Shown here piece after piece: positions 52,018-62,769 of a stretch of 64,000 nt of DNA (its first letter is position 1; the number at the start of each line of letters is the position of its first letter). The DNA is from an uncultured Actinomycetota bacterium (GTDB lineage Bacteria > Actinomycetota > Actinomycetes > Actinomycetales > Dermatophilaceae), in the NCBI GenBank assembly GCA_963828995.1, contig CAWHHB010000005.1, positions 249,338 to 313,337 on the forward strand, written 5' to 3'. The position numbers were made by a program, and so were the translations under genes. The notes beneath the pieces were generated by a model, which did no database searches, was not told where the DNA came from, and saw only the letters and a program-made list of their open reading frames with translations.

Positions 52018-52622
52018 GCCGCCGGCGGCCGCAGCCCGCTGTCGTGCAGCTCGAGCAGCGCCAGCGCGCGGACGACGTCCGGGTCGTGCGCCCGCCACGC
52101 TCCGGCGGGGTCGTCGGCGACCCGCGCCAGCCGGTGCATCGGCTGGCGCGCCAGGGCGCGCAGCGCGAACAGGTCGAGGTCGGCGTCGGCGTCGATGAAC
52201 CGCTGCGCGGCGGTGGCGCGCCGGACGAACCGCACCCGCAGCAGCAGCCAGAGGCCGGCCACCAGGACGATCGGGATGACCGCCGTGACCAGCCCGAGCA
52301 CCGTCGCGAGGTGGCCCACCGCGACGCCGAGCTGGTGGCCGGCGTCCCGGATCGACGCACCGGTGCCGGCGGCCCGCTGGAAGGGGCCCTGCAGGTCCTC
52401 GCCGACCAGCGGCACCTGGCGCAGGGTGCTGCCGGCGTCCTGCATGGTCGAGCCGAAGCTGCTGCCGGCGCTCTCCAGCCGCTGCGCCGGACCGAGCAGC
52501 TGCAGGGTGGCGTCGTGGACCACGCGCCCGCAGTACGACCACAGCCCGATCCACACCAGCATCCCGACGTCGGCGAGGATCTGGGCGGTGCGGCGGCCGG
52601 TCGTGTCGGCGTACATCTTCAT
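51999..52622 (-). CDS. Hypothetical membrane protein
   Basis: Intact 207-aa ORF with two clear TM helices (ILADVGMLVWIGLWSY and LGLVTAVIPIVLVAGLWLLL). No family was recognised. Confidence 0.4.
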   Translation of the reverse strand: MKMYADTTGRRTAQILADVGMLVWIGLWSYCGRVVHDATLQLLGPAQRLESAGSSFGSTMQDAGSTLRQVPLVGEDLQGPFQRAAGTGASIRDAGHQLGVAVGHLATVLGLVTAVIPIVLVAGLWLLLRVRFVRRATAAQRFIDADADLDLFALRALARQPMHRLARVADDPAGAWRAHDPDVVRALALLELHDSGLRPPAAQAPAV

Positions 52623-52765
52623 GACCGGACCCTTGCACCAGGCCTACCCGGGCGCGACCCCGGCGAGGATAGAGTGACTGCGCTGCCCGCGTGGCGGCAG
52701 GAGACCGGTGCGGCAACGGGGCCGCACGGGCGGATGGATCAACTCAGAGAAGGACGCTGATAGCC

Positions 52766-53883
52766 GTGAAGGTCGCAATCCCTCGCGAAGTCAAGAACCA
52801 CGAGTACCGCGTGGCCATCACGCCGTCCGGCGTGCACGAGCTGGTCAGGAACGGACACGAGGTCTACGTCGAGACCGACGCCGGCGTCGGCTCCTCCATC
52901 CTCAACGAGGACTACGTCGCGGCCGGCGCCACGATCCTGGACACCGCCGAGGACGTCTGGGGCACCGGCGACATGATCCTCAAGGTCAAGGAGCCGATCG
53001 CCTCCGAGTACGACAAGATGCGCGAGGGCCAGACCCTCTTCACCTACCTGCACCTCGCCGCCGACCAGCCGCTGACCCAGGAGCTGGTCAAGCGCAAGGT
53101 CACCGGCATCGCCTACGAGACGGTCGAGCTGCCCGACCGCTCCCTGCCGCTGCTGGCACCGATGTCCGAGGTCGCCGGCCGGCTCGCGCCGCAGGTCGGT
53201 GCCGCACACGCTGATGCGCGCCCAGGGTGGCCGCGGCATCCTCATGGGCGGTGTCTCCGGCGTCTACGCCGCCAAGGTCGTCGTCATCGGCGCCGGCGTG
53301 TCCGGCATGAACGCCGCCGCGATCGCCCTCGGCATGCAGGCCGAGGTGCTGCTGCTCGACCGCAACGTCGCCCGCCTGCGCCAGGCCGACGCGATCTACC
53401 AGGGCCACTGCCAGACGGTCGCGTCCAACTCCTACGAGGTCGAGCGCGCGATCATGGACGCCGACCTGGTCATCGGCGCGGTCCTGGTGCCGGGCGCCAA
53501 GGCCCCGACGCTGGTCACCAACGAGCAGGTCTCGCGGATGAAGCCCGGCTCGGTGCTGGTCGACATCTCGATCGACCAGGGCGGCTGCTTCGAGGACTCG
53601 CGGCCCGACGACGCACGCCGACCCGACCTACCAGGTCCACAACTCGGTCTTCTACTGCGTGGCCAACATGCCCGGTGCGGTGCCGCACACCTCGACCTAC
53701 GCGCTGACCAACGTGACGCTGCCCTACGCCGTCGAGCTGGCCAACCGCGGCTGGCGCGACGCGCTCCGGGCCGACCCGGCACTGGCCCTCGGGCTGAACA
53801 CCTTCGACGGCGCGGTCACCTACGGCCCCGTCGCCGAGGCACACGGGATGCCCTCCACCGTCCTGTCCGAGGTCCTCTCCTGA
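52766..53883 (+). CDS. ald: Alanine dehydrogenase, two frame breaks
   Basis: [85 protein letters not shown]. Frame breaks fall near 53200 and 53605. Confidence 0.9.
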
Positions 53884-54837
53884 GCGCAGCCCCCCAGGGC
53901 GCTCCTCCCACGGCGCTCGACCGCTCGGTCCGGGGGTGGCTGGACCACCTCCGGATCGAGCGGGGCGTCGCCGACAACACCCTCAGCTCCTACCGGCGCG
54001 ACCTCGCGCGCTACCGGGAGTTCCTCGACGGCCGCGGGCGTCACCGACCCCGCGGCCGTCCGCGAGCCCGACGTCGCAGCCTTCCTCGCCGGGCTGCGCG
54101 AGGGCGGCCCCGACCACCCGCCGCTGTCGGCCTCGTCGGCGGCCCGGACCCTCGTGGCCGTCCGCGGCTTCCACCGGTTCCTGGCGGTCGAGGGCGAGAC
54201 CGGCACCGACCCGGCCGGGGCGGTCCGGCCGCCGCGGCCGCCGCAGCGGCTGCCCAAGGCGATCAGCGTCACCGACGTCGAGCGGCTGCTGGCCGCCGCC
54301 AGCGTCGGCGACACCCCCGCGTCGCTGCGGGACCGCGCGCTGCTGGAGATCCTGTACGGCGCGGGCGCCCGGATCAGCGAGGCGGTCAACCTCGACGTCG
54401 ACGACCTCGACCTCGAGGACGGCGGGGGAGGCCTCGTGCGGCTGCTCGGCAAGGGCGGCAAGGAGCGCGTCGTCCCGCTGGGCAGCTACGCCCGCGAGGC
54501 GGTCCGGGCCTACCTCGTGCGCGCCCGGCCCACGTTCGCCACGGCGGGGGTCGGCACGCCGGCGCTGTTGCTCAACCGGCGCGGCGGGCGGCTGTCCCGG
54601 CAGAGCGCGTGGACGGCGATCCGCACCGCGGCCGAGCGGGCCGGCCTCGGTGGCGCGGTCAGCCCGCACACGCTGCGGCACTCCTTCGCCACCCACCTGC
54701 TCGACGGCGGCGCCGACGTGCGCGTCGTCCAGGAGCTGCTCGGCCACGCCTCGGTGACCACGACCCAGATCTACACCATGGTCACCGTCCAGCGGCTGCG
54801 TGAGGTCTACGCCGAGTCGCACCCGCGGGCCCGCTGA
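53880..54837 (+). CDS. xerD: Site-specific tyrosine recombinase XerD, frame-broken; start codon unresolved
   Basis: [110 protein letters not shown]. Frame breaks fall near 54040-54070. There is no ATG or GTG in frame near the 5' end. Confidence 0.85.
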
Positions 54838-55006
54838 ACGGCACCGGCGAACGGTCTGCCGGGCATCCCCCGGGACCCCTCCCCGCCGGTGCCCGGGAGG
54901 CCCTTGGGGGGCCCTGCCTTGAAGCCCCCGCACCGCCGCGGCTAGGGTCGACGCGATCAGCGAGAGGCTGACCGCACTGTTCGCCGGCACCTGGAGTGAA
55001 ACCCCT

Positions 55007-55933
55007 GTGAGTTCAGAGGTGACGACACCCACCGACATCACGACCGACCAGACCCACGCGCACCTGCCCGGCACCGAGGACGCCGGCACGGGCCAGCTGG
55101 GGCCGACCGGCCGTCCGATGCCCGTCTTCGCCGACCCCCCGCCGCTGAACGGCCACGGCCCGGCCCGCGTCATCGCGATGTGCAACCAGAAGGGTGGCGT
55201 CGGCAAGACGACCACCACGATCAACCTGGGCGCTGCGCTGGCGGAGGTCGGCCGCAAGGTCCTGCTGGTGGACTTCGACCCCCAGGGCGCCCTCTCGGTG
55301 GGCCTCGGCGTGCCGACCCACCAGCTGGACGTGACGATCTACAACCTGCTGGTCGAGCGCGGCCACGACGTGCGCGACGTCATCCAGAAGACCCGCACCC
55401 CGAACCTCGACATCATCCCGGCCAACATCGACCTGTCCGCGGCCGAGGTGCAGCTGGTCGGCGAGGTGGCCCGCGAGATGGTGCTCGCCCGGGTGCTGCG
55501 CCCGCTGCTGGACGACTACGACGTCATCCTGGTCGACTGCCAGCCCTCGCTCGGCCTGCTGACCGTCAACGCCCTCACCGCCGCCCACGGGGTCGTCATC
55601 CCGCTGGAGTGCGAGTTCTTCGCCATGCGTGGCGTCGCCCTGCTGGTCGAGACGATCGAGAAGATCTGCGACCGGCTGAACCCGCGCCTGGTCGTCGACG
55701 GCATCCTGGCCACGATGTACGACGGGCGCACCCTGCACAGCAAGGAGGTCGTGCGCAGCGTCGTCGACCACTTCGGCGACCAGGTCTTCCACACCGTCAT
55801 CAGCCGCACGGTCAAGTTCCCCGACGCGTCGCTGGCGGCCGAGCCGATCACCACCTACGCCTCGACCCACGCCGCAGCCGAGGCCTACCGGCAGCTGGCC
55901 CGCGAGCTCATCGCCCGCGGTGGGGCGGCCTGA
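55007..55933 (+). CDS. parA: ParA/Soj-family ATPase
   Basis: Intact: [46 protein letters not shown]. Confidence 0.85.
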   Translation: MSSEVTTPTDITTDQTHAHLPGTEDAGTGQLGPTGRPMPVFADPPPLNGHGPARVIAMCNQKGGVGKTTTTINLGAALAEVGRKVLLVDFDPQGALSVGLGVPTHQLDVTIYNLLVERGHDVRDVIQKTRTPNLDIIPANIDLSAAEVQLVGEVAREMVLARVLRPLLDDYDVILVDCQPSLGLLTVNALTAAHGVVIPLECEFFAMRGVALLVETIEKICDRLNPRLVVDGILATMYDGRTLHSKEVVRSVVDHFGDQVFHTVISRTVKFPDASLAAEPITTYASTHAAAEAYRQLARELIARGGAA

Positions 55934-55938
55934 GCACC

Positions 55939-56851
55939 ATGGCCGAGGCCGACACGGCCCAGCTGGCCCCGCCCCGCGTCGAGCTCACCCCGGGAGGGGT
56001 GATCACCCGGCGCGGCGGCAGCACGCCGTTCGAGGTGCACCTCGACGTCTTCTCGGGCCCGTTCGACCTGCTGCTCGGGCTCATCTCCAAGCACAAGCTG
56101 GACATCACCGAGATCGCGCTGGCCAAGGTCACCGACGAGTTCATGGCGCACATCCGCGCCCACCAGGCCTCGAAGACCGACTGGGACCTCAGCCAGGCCT
56201 CGCGAGTTCCTGCTCGTCGCGGCCACCCTGCTGGACATCAAGTCGGCCCGGCTGCTGCCCCAGCTCGCCCCGCAGGACGAGGAGGACCTCGCGCTGATCG
56301 AGGCGCGTGACCTGCTCTTCGCCCGGCTGCTGCAGTACCGCGCGTTCAAGGACATCGCCGCGTCGTTCGCCGAGCGGATGGCCACGGCCGGCCGGATGAC
56401 GGGGCGGCAGGCGGGGCTGGAGCCGCGGTTCGCCGCGCTGCTGCCCGAGCTGGTGATGGGGGTCACCCCCGAGCAGCTGGCGATGATCGCCGGCCGGGCG
56501 ATGACGCCGCGGGTGGCCCCGACCGTCGGTCTGGAGCACCTGCACGCCCCCGCGGTCAGCGTGCGCGAGCAGGCCGTCCTCGTCATCGACCGGCTGCGGC
56601 GCGAGCGCACCTGCTCGTTCCGGGCGCTGGTGGCCGACGCCGACAGCACGCTGGTCATCGTGGCCCGGTTCCTCGCCCTGCTGGAGCTGTTCCGGGAGGC
56701 GGCCATCACCTTCGACCAGGAGGAGGCCCTCGGCGAGCTGACCGTCCGGTGGACCGGCCAGGACGAGGGCGAGTTCGGCGTCGGCGAGGAGTTCGACGAG
56801 TTCGACGAGGCGCCGGCCCCGGCGGCCGATGACCAAGGAGAGCCGACATGA
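55939..56851 (+). CDS. scpA: Segregation and condensation protein A, one frame break
   Basis: [38 protein letters not shown], then (break near 56205) [26 protein letters not shown].. Confidence 0.85.
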
Positions 56852-57551
56852 GCACTGACCCCGTGAGCCCGGTGCCCGAGGGCCGGGCGGACGAGGACCA
56901 GCCGCACGACGACAGCTGCACGACGACCGGCCGCAGGTCGCCCAGCTGCACGAGGGCGAGCTGCCCGAGGAGCAGGTGGCGTTCGACATCAACGACTTCC
57001 CCGGTGGCGCCCGCGGCGCGATCGAGGCGGTGCTGATGGTGGTCGACGAGCCGGTGACCGAGATCGCCCTGGCCTCGGCGCTGGAGCTGCCGGTGGAGGA
57101 CGTCGTCGCCCACCTGCACGCGCTGGCCGCCGACTACGACGAGGGCAACCGTGGCTTCACGGTGCGCAGCGTCGCCGGCGGGTGGCGCGTCTACAGCCGC
57201 TCGGACTACGCACCGGTGGTCGAGAAGTTCCTGCTGGACGGCCAGCAGGCCAAGCTCACCCAGGCCTCCCTGGAGACGCTGGCGGTGGTGGCCTACCGCC
57301 AGCCGATCTCGCGGTCGCGCGTCAGCGCGGTCCGCGGGGTCAACGTGGACGGGGTCGTCCGGACCCTGCTCACCCGCGGCCTGATCGCGGAGGTCGGTGC
57401 CGAGGAGGAGAGCGGCGCGACCCTCTATGGCACCACCGCCTACTTCCTGCAACGGCTCGGTCTCGGCAGTCTGGACGATCTGCCGGCCCTGGCCCCTTAC
57501 CTACCTGAGGTTGATGTGCTCGACGAACTCGCAGAACAGGGCCGCGCATGA
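56848..57551 (+). CDS. scpB: Segregation and condensation protein B, one frame break
   Basis: AIEAVLMVVDEPV..GWRVYSRSDYAPVVEKF..LTQASLETLAVVAYRQPISRSRVSAVRGVNVDGVVRTL. ATG 56848 overlaps the scpA stop. The break is near 56910. Confidence 0.85.
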
Positions 57552-58556
57552 GCCCCCAGCAGCCCCGCAGCGGCAGCGGCGGTCCCCGACGTGGCAGTGG
57601 CAGCGGCAGCGGCGGCAGGGGGCGGAGGCGGGCCCCGTCGGTCCGGCGGCGCGTCGTCCTCCTCTCGCGGCAGCGCCCCCCAGCGGCGGTCCGGCAGTGC
57701 TCCCGGCGGCGGTGGCTCGCAGCGTTCCGGCGGCCCCCAGCGGGGCAGCAGCGGCACGACCAAGCCCAGCCAGCCGACCCGTCTGCCCGAGCGGCACGAG
57801 CCGCAGGGGCCGCCGGTCGACGTCCACGACCCTGACGGTGTGCGGCTGCAGAAGCTGCTCGCCGCCGCGGGCGTGGGCAGCCGCCGCGTCTGCGAGAACC
57901 TCATCACCGCCGGACGGGTCGTGGTCGACGGCCACGTCGTCACCGAGCTCGGGGTGCGGATCGACCCCGACCGCCAGACCGTGCACGTGGACGGCACCCG
58001 GGTCCAGCTGGACGAGTCGCGCCTCTACCTGGCCTTCAACAAGCCGCTCGGTGTCGTCTCGACGATGAGCGACGACCTGGGCCGCCCGTCGGTGGGCGAC
58101 TACGTGCTCAACCGCAAGGAGCGGCTCTTCCACGTCGGCCGGCTGGACGCCGACACCGAGGGCCTGCTGCTGCTCACCAACGACGGCGACCTGGCCCACC
58201 GGCTGCAGCACCCGTCGTACGGCGTGCCGAAGACCTACCTGGCCCAGATCCCCGGACCGGTGCCGCGCGACATCGGCAAGACGCTGCGCGCGGGCATCGA
58301 GCTCGAGGACGGGCCGGTCAAGGTCGACTCGTTCAAGGTGGTCGACTCCGCGCCCGGCAAGGCGCTCGTCGAGGTGGTGCTGCACGAGGGCCGCAAGCAC
58401 GTCGTACGGCGCCTGCTGGAGGCCGTGGGGCACCCGGTGATCACGCTGGTGCGCACCGACGTGGGCCCGATCCACCTCGGTGAGCTGCGCTCGGGCAAGA
58501 TGCGCCCGCTCACCAAGGCCGAGGTCGGCCGGCTCTACTCAGCAGCTGGACTCTGA
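57548..58556 (+). CDS. rluB: Pseudouridine synthase (RluB/RsuA family) with a Gly/Ser/Arg-rich N-terminus
   Basis: S4 domain: RLQKLLAAAGVGSRRVCENLITAGRVVVDG. Catalytic motif: HVGRLDADTEGLLLLTNDGDLAHRL. ATG 57548 overlaps the scpB stop but is out of frame with ORF 57591..58556, so there is one break in the low-complexity leader. Confidence 0.85.
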
Positions 58557-58562
58557 GGTCGG

Positions 58563-58994
58563 GTGTCCGGGACGCCTCGATACGGTGACGTCGTGAGCGA
58601 CTCGATCCCGGACACCCTCCCGCAGGCCCCCACCGCAGTACGGGCCGTGCGGGGCGCCATCCAGCTCGAGGCCGACGAGCGCGAGCACGTGCTGGCCTCC
58701 ACCCGCGAGCTGGTGACGGCGGTCCTCTCGGCCAACGACCTGACCAAGGACGACGTCATCTCGATCGTCTTCACCGCGACCCCCGACGTGCACAGCGAGT
58801 TCCCGGCGGTGGCCGCCCGCGAGCTCGGCATGGGCGACGTGCCGCTGATGTGCACCCAGGAGCTGGACATCGCCGGGGCGATGCCGCTGGTGATCCGGCT
58901 GATGGCGCACGTCAACACCCCCCGCCCGCGCTCCGAGGTCACGCACGTCTACCTGCGCGGGGCGGCCGCGCTGCGCAGGGACCTGGCGCAGTGA
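58563..58994 (+). CDS. aroH: AroH-class chorismate mutase
   Basis: Intact: VRAVRGAIQLEADEREHVL..DVISIVFTATPDV..FPAVAARELG..VPLMCTQE. The start is possibly further downstream. Confidence 0.8.
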   Translation: MSGTPRYGDVVSDSIPDTLPQAPTAVRAVRGAIQLEADEREHVLASTRELVTAVLSANDLTKDDVISIVFTATPDVHSEFPAVAARELGMGDVPLMCTQELDIAGAMPLVIRLMAHVNTPRPRSEVTHVYLRGAAALRRDLAQ

Positions 58995-60130
58995 CCCTGC
59001 CCGCCGGGGTGCACGTCCGCATCGTCGGCACCGGGCTGATCGGGACGAGCCTCGGGCTGGCCCTGTCCCGGACCGGTGCGCTCGTGTCCCTGGACGACCC
59101 GTCCACGACGGCATGCGCCCTGGCCCGCGACCTCGGGGCCGGGGTGCTGGCCGCCGAGGTGACCGCGGCGCCGGCCGTGGTGGTGGTCGCCGCACCGCCG
59201 GACGCCGTCGCCGCGGTGGTCGTGCGCGAGCTCGCCGCCTGGCCGGAGGCCGTGGTCACCGACGTCGCCTCGGTCAAGCTCGCCGTCCTGGACGAGGTCT
59301 CGGCGCTCGGGGGTGACCTGCGGCGCTACGTCGGGTCCCACCCCATGGCCGGACGCGAGCGGTCGGGCGCGATCGCGGCGCAGGCCGACCTGTTCGAGGG
59401 GCGCAGCTGGGTGGTGGCACCCGGCCCGGAGGCCGGCGAGGCAGCCACCGCCGCGGTGCGCGACCTGGCCCTCGCCGTCGGCGCCGCACCGACCCGGATG
59501 ACGCCCGGCGCCCACGACGCCGCGGTGGCCGCGGTCTCTCACGTGCCCCAGGTCGCGGCCAGCCTCGTGGCCGCCCGGCTGCGCGACCTGCCCGACAGCG
59601 CCGTGGCGCTGGCCGGCCAGGGACTGCGCGACGTCACCCGCATCGCGGCCAGCGACCCGATGATGTGGACCCAGATCCTGGCCGGCAACGCCCCCGCGCT
59701 GCGGGTGGTGCTCGAGCAGCTCGCCGCCGACCTGGACGACGTCCTGCAGGCCGTGCGGCAGCTGGACGACGCCTCCGTCGCCTCCGGGGGTCCGGCCGCG
59801 GCCGGCGCCCCCGTGAGTGCGGGCCGCGGGTCGCGAGCCGTCCTGGCCCGTGCGGTGGCCAGCGGCAACGCCGGCCACGCCCGCATCCCGGGCAAGCACG
59901 GTGCCGCGCCGACGGCGTACGCGACGGTGACGGTGCTGGTGCCGGACGAGCCGGGCGCCCTGGGCCGGCTGCTGCACGACGTCGGCGAGGCCGGCATCAA
60001 CCTCGAGGACCTGCACCTCGAGCACGGCATCGGGGCGCCGGTCGGCCTGGCCGAGCTCGCGGTGCTGCCGGCGGCCGCCGAACCGCTGACCACCGCCCTG
60101 CTCCAGCGGGGCTGGCGCGTGCACGACTGA
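58991..60130 (+). CDS. tyrA: Prephenate dehydrogenase
   Basis: GTG 58991 overlaps the aroH stop. Sequence: VRIVGTGLIGTSLGLAL..DVASVK..YVGSHPMAGRERSG..HDAAVAAVSHVPQ. The C-terminus is ACT-like. Confidence 0.85.
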   Translation: MTLPAGVHVRIVGTGLIGTSLGLALSRTGALVSLDDPSTTACALARDLGAGVLAAEVTAAPAVVVVAAPPDAVAAVVVRELAAWPEAVVTDVASVKLAVLDEVSALGGDLRRYVGSHPMAGRERSGAIAAQADLFEGRSWVVAPGPEAGEAATAAVRDLALAVGAAPTRMTPGAHDAAVAAVSHVPQVAASLVAARLRDLPDSAVALAGQGLRDVTRIAASDPMMWTQILAGNAPALRVVLEQLAADLDDVLQAVRQLDDASVASGGPAAAGAPVSAGRGSRAVLARAVASGNAGHARIPGKHGAAPTAYATVTVLVPDEPGALGRLLHDVGEAGINLEDLHLEHGIGAPVGLAELAVLPAAAEPLTTALLQRGWRVHD

Positions 60131-60139
60131 GCGTCCGCC

Positions 60140-60175
60140 CAGGGCCCTCAGGGCCCTCAGGGCCGTCAGGGAGGC
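60140..60175. repeat. 9-bp tandem repeat (cagggccct x2, then two degenerate copies)
   Basis: cagggccct cagggccct cagggccgt cagggaggc lies in the tyrA-cmk spacer. Confidence 0.85.
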
Positions 60176-60202
60176 CGGCGGGGAACTACTAGTCTTCTCC
60201 GG

Positions 60203-60910
60203 GTGACCGAACCTGTTGCTGCTCTCGTCATCGCCATCGACGGCCCCTCGGGCTCGGGCAAGTCCAGCGTCTCGCGGGCGGTCGCCCGCGGCCTCGGGCT
60301 GGCCTACCTCGACACCGGCGCCATGTTCCGCGCGCTCACCTGGTGGTGCCTGCACGAGCAGGTCGACCTGGACGACCTCGAGGCGGTGGCCGAGGCGGCC
60401 CGCCGTCTGCCGCTGACGATGGGCACCGACCCGGCCGCGCCATCGGTGCAGGTCGGGGGAGTGGCGGTGGACGAGGCGATCCGGCGCACCGAGATCTCGT
60501 CGTCCGTCTCCCGGGTCGCCACCAACCTCGAGGTCCGTGCCGAGCTGCTGCGGCGCCAGCGCGACATCATCGCCGACTGCTCCACCGCCGGCAGCGGGGT
60601 GGTGGCCGAGGGCCGCGACATCACCACCGTCGTGGCGCCGGACGCCGACGTCCGGATCCTGCTGCTGGCCAGCGAGGAGGCCCGCCTGGCCCGACGGGCC
60701 AAGGAGCTGCACGGCGAGGCCCACGCCGAGGCGGTCGACGCGACCCGTGACCAGATCGTCCGCCGCGACCGCGACGACTCCTCGGTCTCGCAGTTCATGC
60801 AGGCGGCGCCGGGCGTCGACACGGTGGACACCTCCCACCTCGACCTCGAGCAGTCGGTGCAGGCCGTGCTCGACGTGGTGGCCACGCGCACCGGGCGGGT
60901 CCGCGCCTGA
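60203..60910 (+). CDS. cmk: Cytidylate kinase
   Basis: Intact: IAIDGPSGSGKSSVSRAVA..LDTGAMFRA..EGRDITTVV..RRDRDD. Confidence 0.9.
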   Translation: MTEPVAALVIAIDGPSGSGKSSVSRAVARGLGLAYLDTGAMFRALTWWCLHEQVDLDDLEAVAEAARRLPLTMGTDPAAPSVQVGGVAVDEAIRRTEISSSVSRVATNLEVRAELLRRQRDIIADCSTAGSGVVAEGRDITTVVAPDADVRILLLASEEARLARRAKELHGEAHAEAVDATRDQIVRRDRDDSSVSQFMQAAPGVDTVDTSHLDLEQSVQAVLDVVATRTGRVRA

Positions 60911-60918
60911 CCGCGGCC

Positions 60919-60974
60919 GACCGGCCCGACGGGCCTGACCGGCCCGGACGGGTCCCTGACCGGCCCGGACGAGG
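60919..60974. repeat. ~18-21-bp tandem repeat, three copies (gaccggcccggacgggtccct-like)
   Basis: gaccggcccgacgggcct / gaccggcccggacgggtccct / gaccggcccggacgagg lies immediately after the cmk stop. Confidence 0.85.
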
Positions 60975-61042
60975 CACCACCGAAAGTGCGAGACAATGGA
61001 CGTTGATCCCGCACCACCCCCCACCTGCCGAAGGACCCTGCC

Positions 61043-62521
61043 GTGAGCCAGCACCCCGAGACCGTCGACTCCGTCGAGAGCGACGACTCCTCGGTCGAAC
61101 ACGCCCTGCGCGTCGGCCTGGAGGAGTTCGAGCTCGACGACGCCGACCGCTCGCTGCTCGAGCGCGCCGCCGAGGGTGTCGACGGCGAGGAGGAGGCCGG
61201 CCCGCTGCCGGTGGTGGCCATCATCGGTCGCCCCAACGTCGGCAAGTCCACGCTGGTCAACCGCATCATCGGCCGCCGTGAGGCCGTCGTCGAGGACGTC
61301 CCCGGGGTCACCCGTGACCGCGTCGCGTACGACGCCGAGTGGTCCGGCCGCCGGTTCACCCTCGTCGACACCGGTGGCTGGGAGGTCGACGCCCGCGGCA
61401 TCCACCTGCGCGTGGCCGAGCAGGCCGAGGTCGCCGTCGACCTGGCCGACGTGGTCATGTTCGTGGTCGACGCCACGGTCGGCGCCACCGACACCGACGA
61501 GTCGGTCGTCCGGCTGCTGCGCCGCTCCGGCAAGCCGGTCATCCTGGTGGCCAACAAGGTCGACGACGCCCGCGCCGAGGCCGACGCCGCGATGCTGTGG
61601 TCGTTCGGGCTGGGCCAGCCGTGGCCGGTGTCGGCGCTGCACGGCCGCGGCAGCGGTGACGTCCTCGACGCCGTCCTCGCCGTCCTGCCCACGGTCTCCG
61701 CGGCCGGCGGCGCCTACGCCCGCGGCGGACCCCGACGCGTCGCGCTGGTCGGCCGGCCCAACGTGGGCAAGTCCAGCCTGCTGAACAAGCTGGCCGGCGA
61801 GGACCGTGTCGTCGTGGACCACGTCGCCGGGACCACCCGCGACCCGGTCGACGAGATGATCGAGCTCGGCGGCAAGACGTGGCGCTTCGTCGACACGGCC
61901 GGCATCCGGCGCCGGGTGCACCAGACCCGCGGCGCGGACTTCTACGCCTCGCTGCGCACCCAGACCGCGCTGGAGAAGGCCGAGGTGGCGGTGGTCCTGA
62001 TCGACGCCGAGCACCCCATCGCCGAGCAGGACATCCGGGTCGTGCAGCAGGTGATCGACGCCGGGCGTGCCGTGGTCGTGGCCTACAACAAGTGGGACAC
62101 GATGGACGAGGAGCGGCGCTACTACCTCGAGCGCGAGATCGAGAAGGAGCTCGTGCAGATCCCGTGGGCGCCGCGGGTCAACATCTCGGCGCTGACCGGT
62201 CGTCACATGGACCGCCTGGTGCCGGCCATCGAGACCGCGCTGGAGTCCTGGGACACCCGCGTCTCGACCGGCCGCCTCAACGCCTTCCTCGGCGAGATCG
62301 TCGCCGCCAACCCGCACCCGGTGCGGTCGGGCAAGCAGCCGCGGATCCTGTTCGCGACGCAGGCCTCGACCCGCCCGCCGCGGTTCGTGCTGTTCGCCAG
62401 CGGCTTCCTCGAGGCCGGCTACCGCCGGTTCGTCGAGCGCCGTCTGCGCGAGGAGTTCGGCTTCGAGGGCACCCCGATCGAGGTCTCGGTGCGGGTCCGG
62501 GAGAAGCGGCGCAAGAAGTGA
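61043..62521 (+). CDS. der: Ribosome biogenesis GTPase Der (EngA)
   Basis: Intact, with two GTPase domains ([18 protein letters not shown]; [22 protein letters not shown]) and a KH-like C-terminus. Confidence 0.95.
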   Translation: MSQHPETVDSVESDDSSVEHALRVGLEEFELDDADRSLLERAAEGVDGEEEAGPLPVVAIIGRPNVGKSTLVNRIIGRREAVVEDVPGVTRDRVAYDAEWSGRRFTLVDTGGWEVDARGIHLRVAEQAEVAVDLADVVMFVVDATVGATDTDESVVRLLRRSGKPVILVANKVDDARAEADAAMLWSFGLGQPWPVSALHGRGSGDVLDAVLAVLPTVSAAGGAYARGGPRRVALVGRPNVGKSSLLNKLAGEDRVVVDHVAGTTRDPVDEMIELGGKTWRFVDTAGIRRRVHQTRGADFYASLRTQTALEKAEVAVVLIDAEHPIAEQDIRVVQQVIDAGRAVVVAYNKWDTMDEERRYYLEREIEKELVQIPWAPRVNISALTGRHMDRLVPAIETALESWDTRVSTGRLNAFLGEIVAANPHPVRSGKQPRILFATQASTRPPRFVLFASGFLEAGYRRFVERRLREEFGFEGTPIEVSVRVREKRRKK

Positions 62522-62621
62522 CGGCGCCCCTCGGGCGTGCGGCGGCCGGCCGCTCGTCCGAGGGCGATTCGGAGCCGGGCGCCCCCGTGCGCTAGTGTTC
62601 CTCTCGCTCGCCTGAGCATCC

Positions 62622-62695
<74 letters not shown>

Positions 62696-62713
62696 CGGGA
62701 AGCACGACACCAG

Positions 62714-62743
62714 AGGCCGCCTCGGAGAGATCCGGGGCGGCCT
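62714..62743 (+). terminator. Stem-loop after tRNA-Pro
   Basis: aggccgcctcgga-gaga-tccggggcggcct forms a ~13-bp stem (one G-U pair) with a 4-nt loop. There is no U tract. Confidence 0.4.
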
Positions 62744-62769
62744 TCGGCGTCTCACGGGGGCGAGGCAGT

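Noticed and set aside
54990-55003. parS-like half-site (GTGAAAC) just upstream of parA.
   Set aside because: Only half of the 16-bp parS palindrome is present. This ParA is the xerD/scpAB-linked paralogue, not the oriC-proximal parAB.
1589-57551. Reading the frameshifted genes as true pseudogenes, i.e. reductive genome decay.
   Set aside because: Essential or near-essential genes are affected (hisS, secDF, scpAB). Only single-base frame changes are seen, with no in-frame stops and fully conserved residues in each piece. This remains unproven without reads, so it is also listed as a finding.
62568-62598. Promoter for tRNA-Pro (TTCGGA ... TAGTGT).
   Set aside because: The spacer between the hexamers is ~19 nt and the -35 element is poor. 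It is plausible but not supportable from sequence alone.
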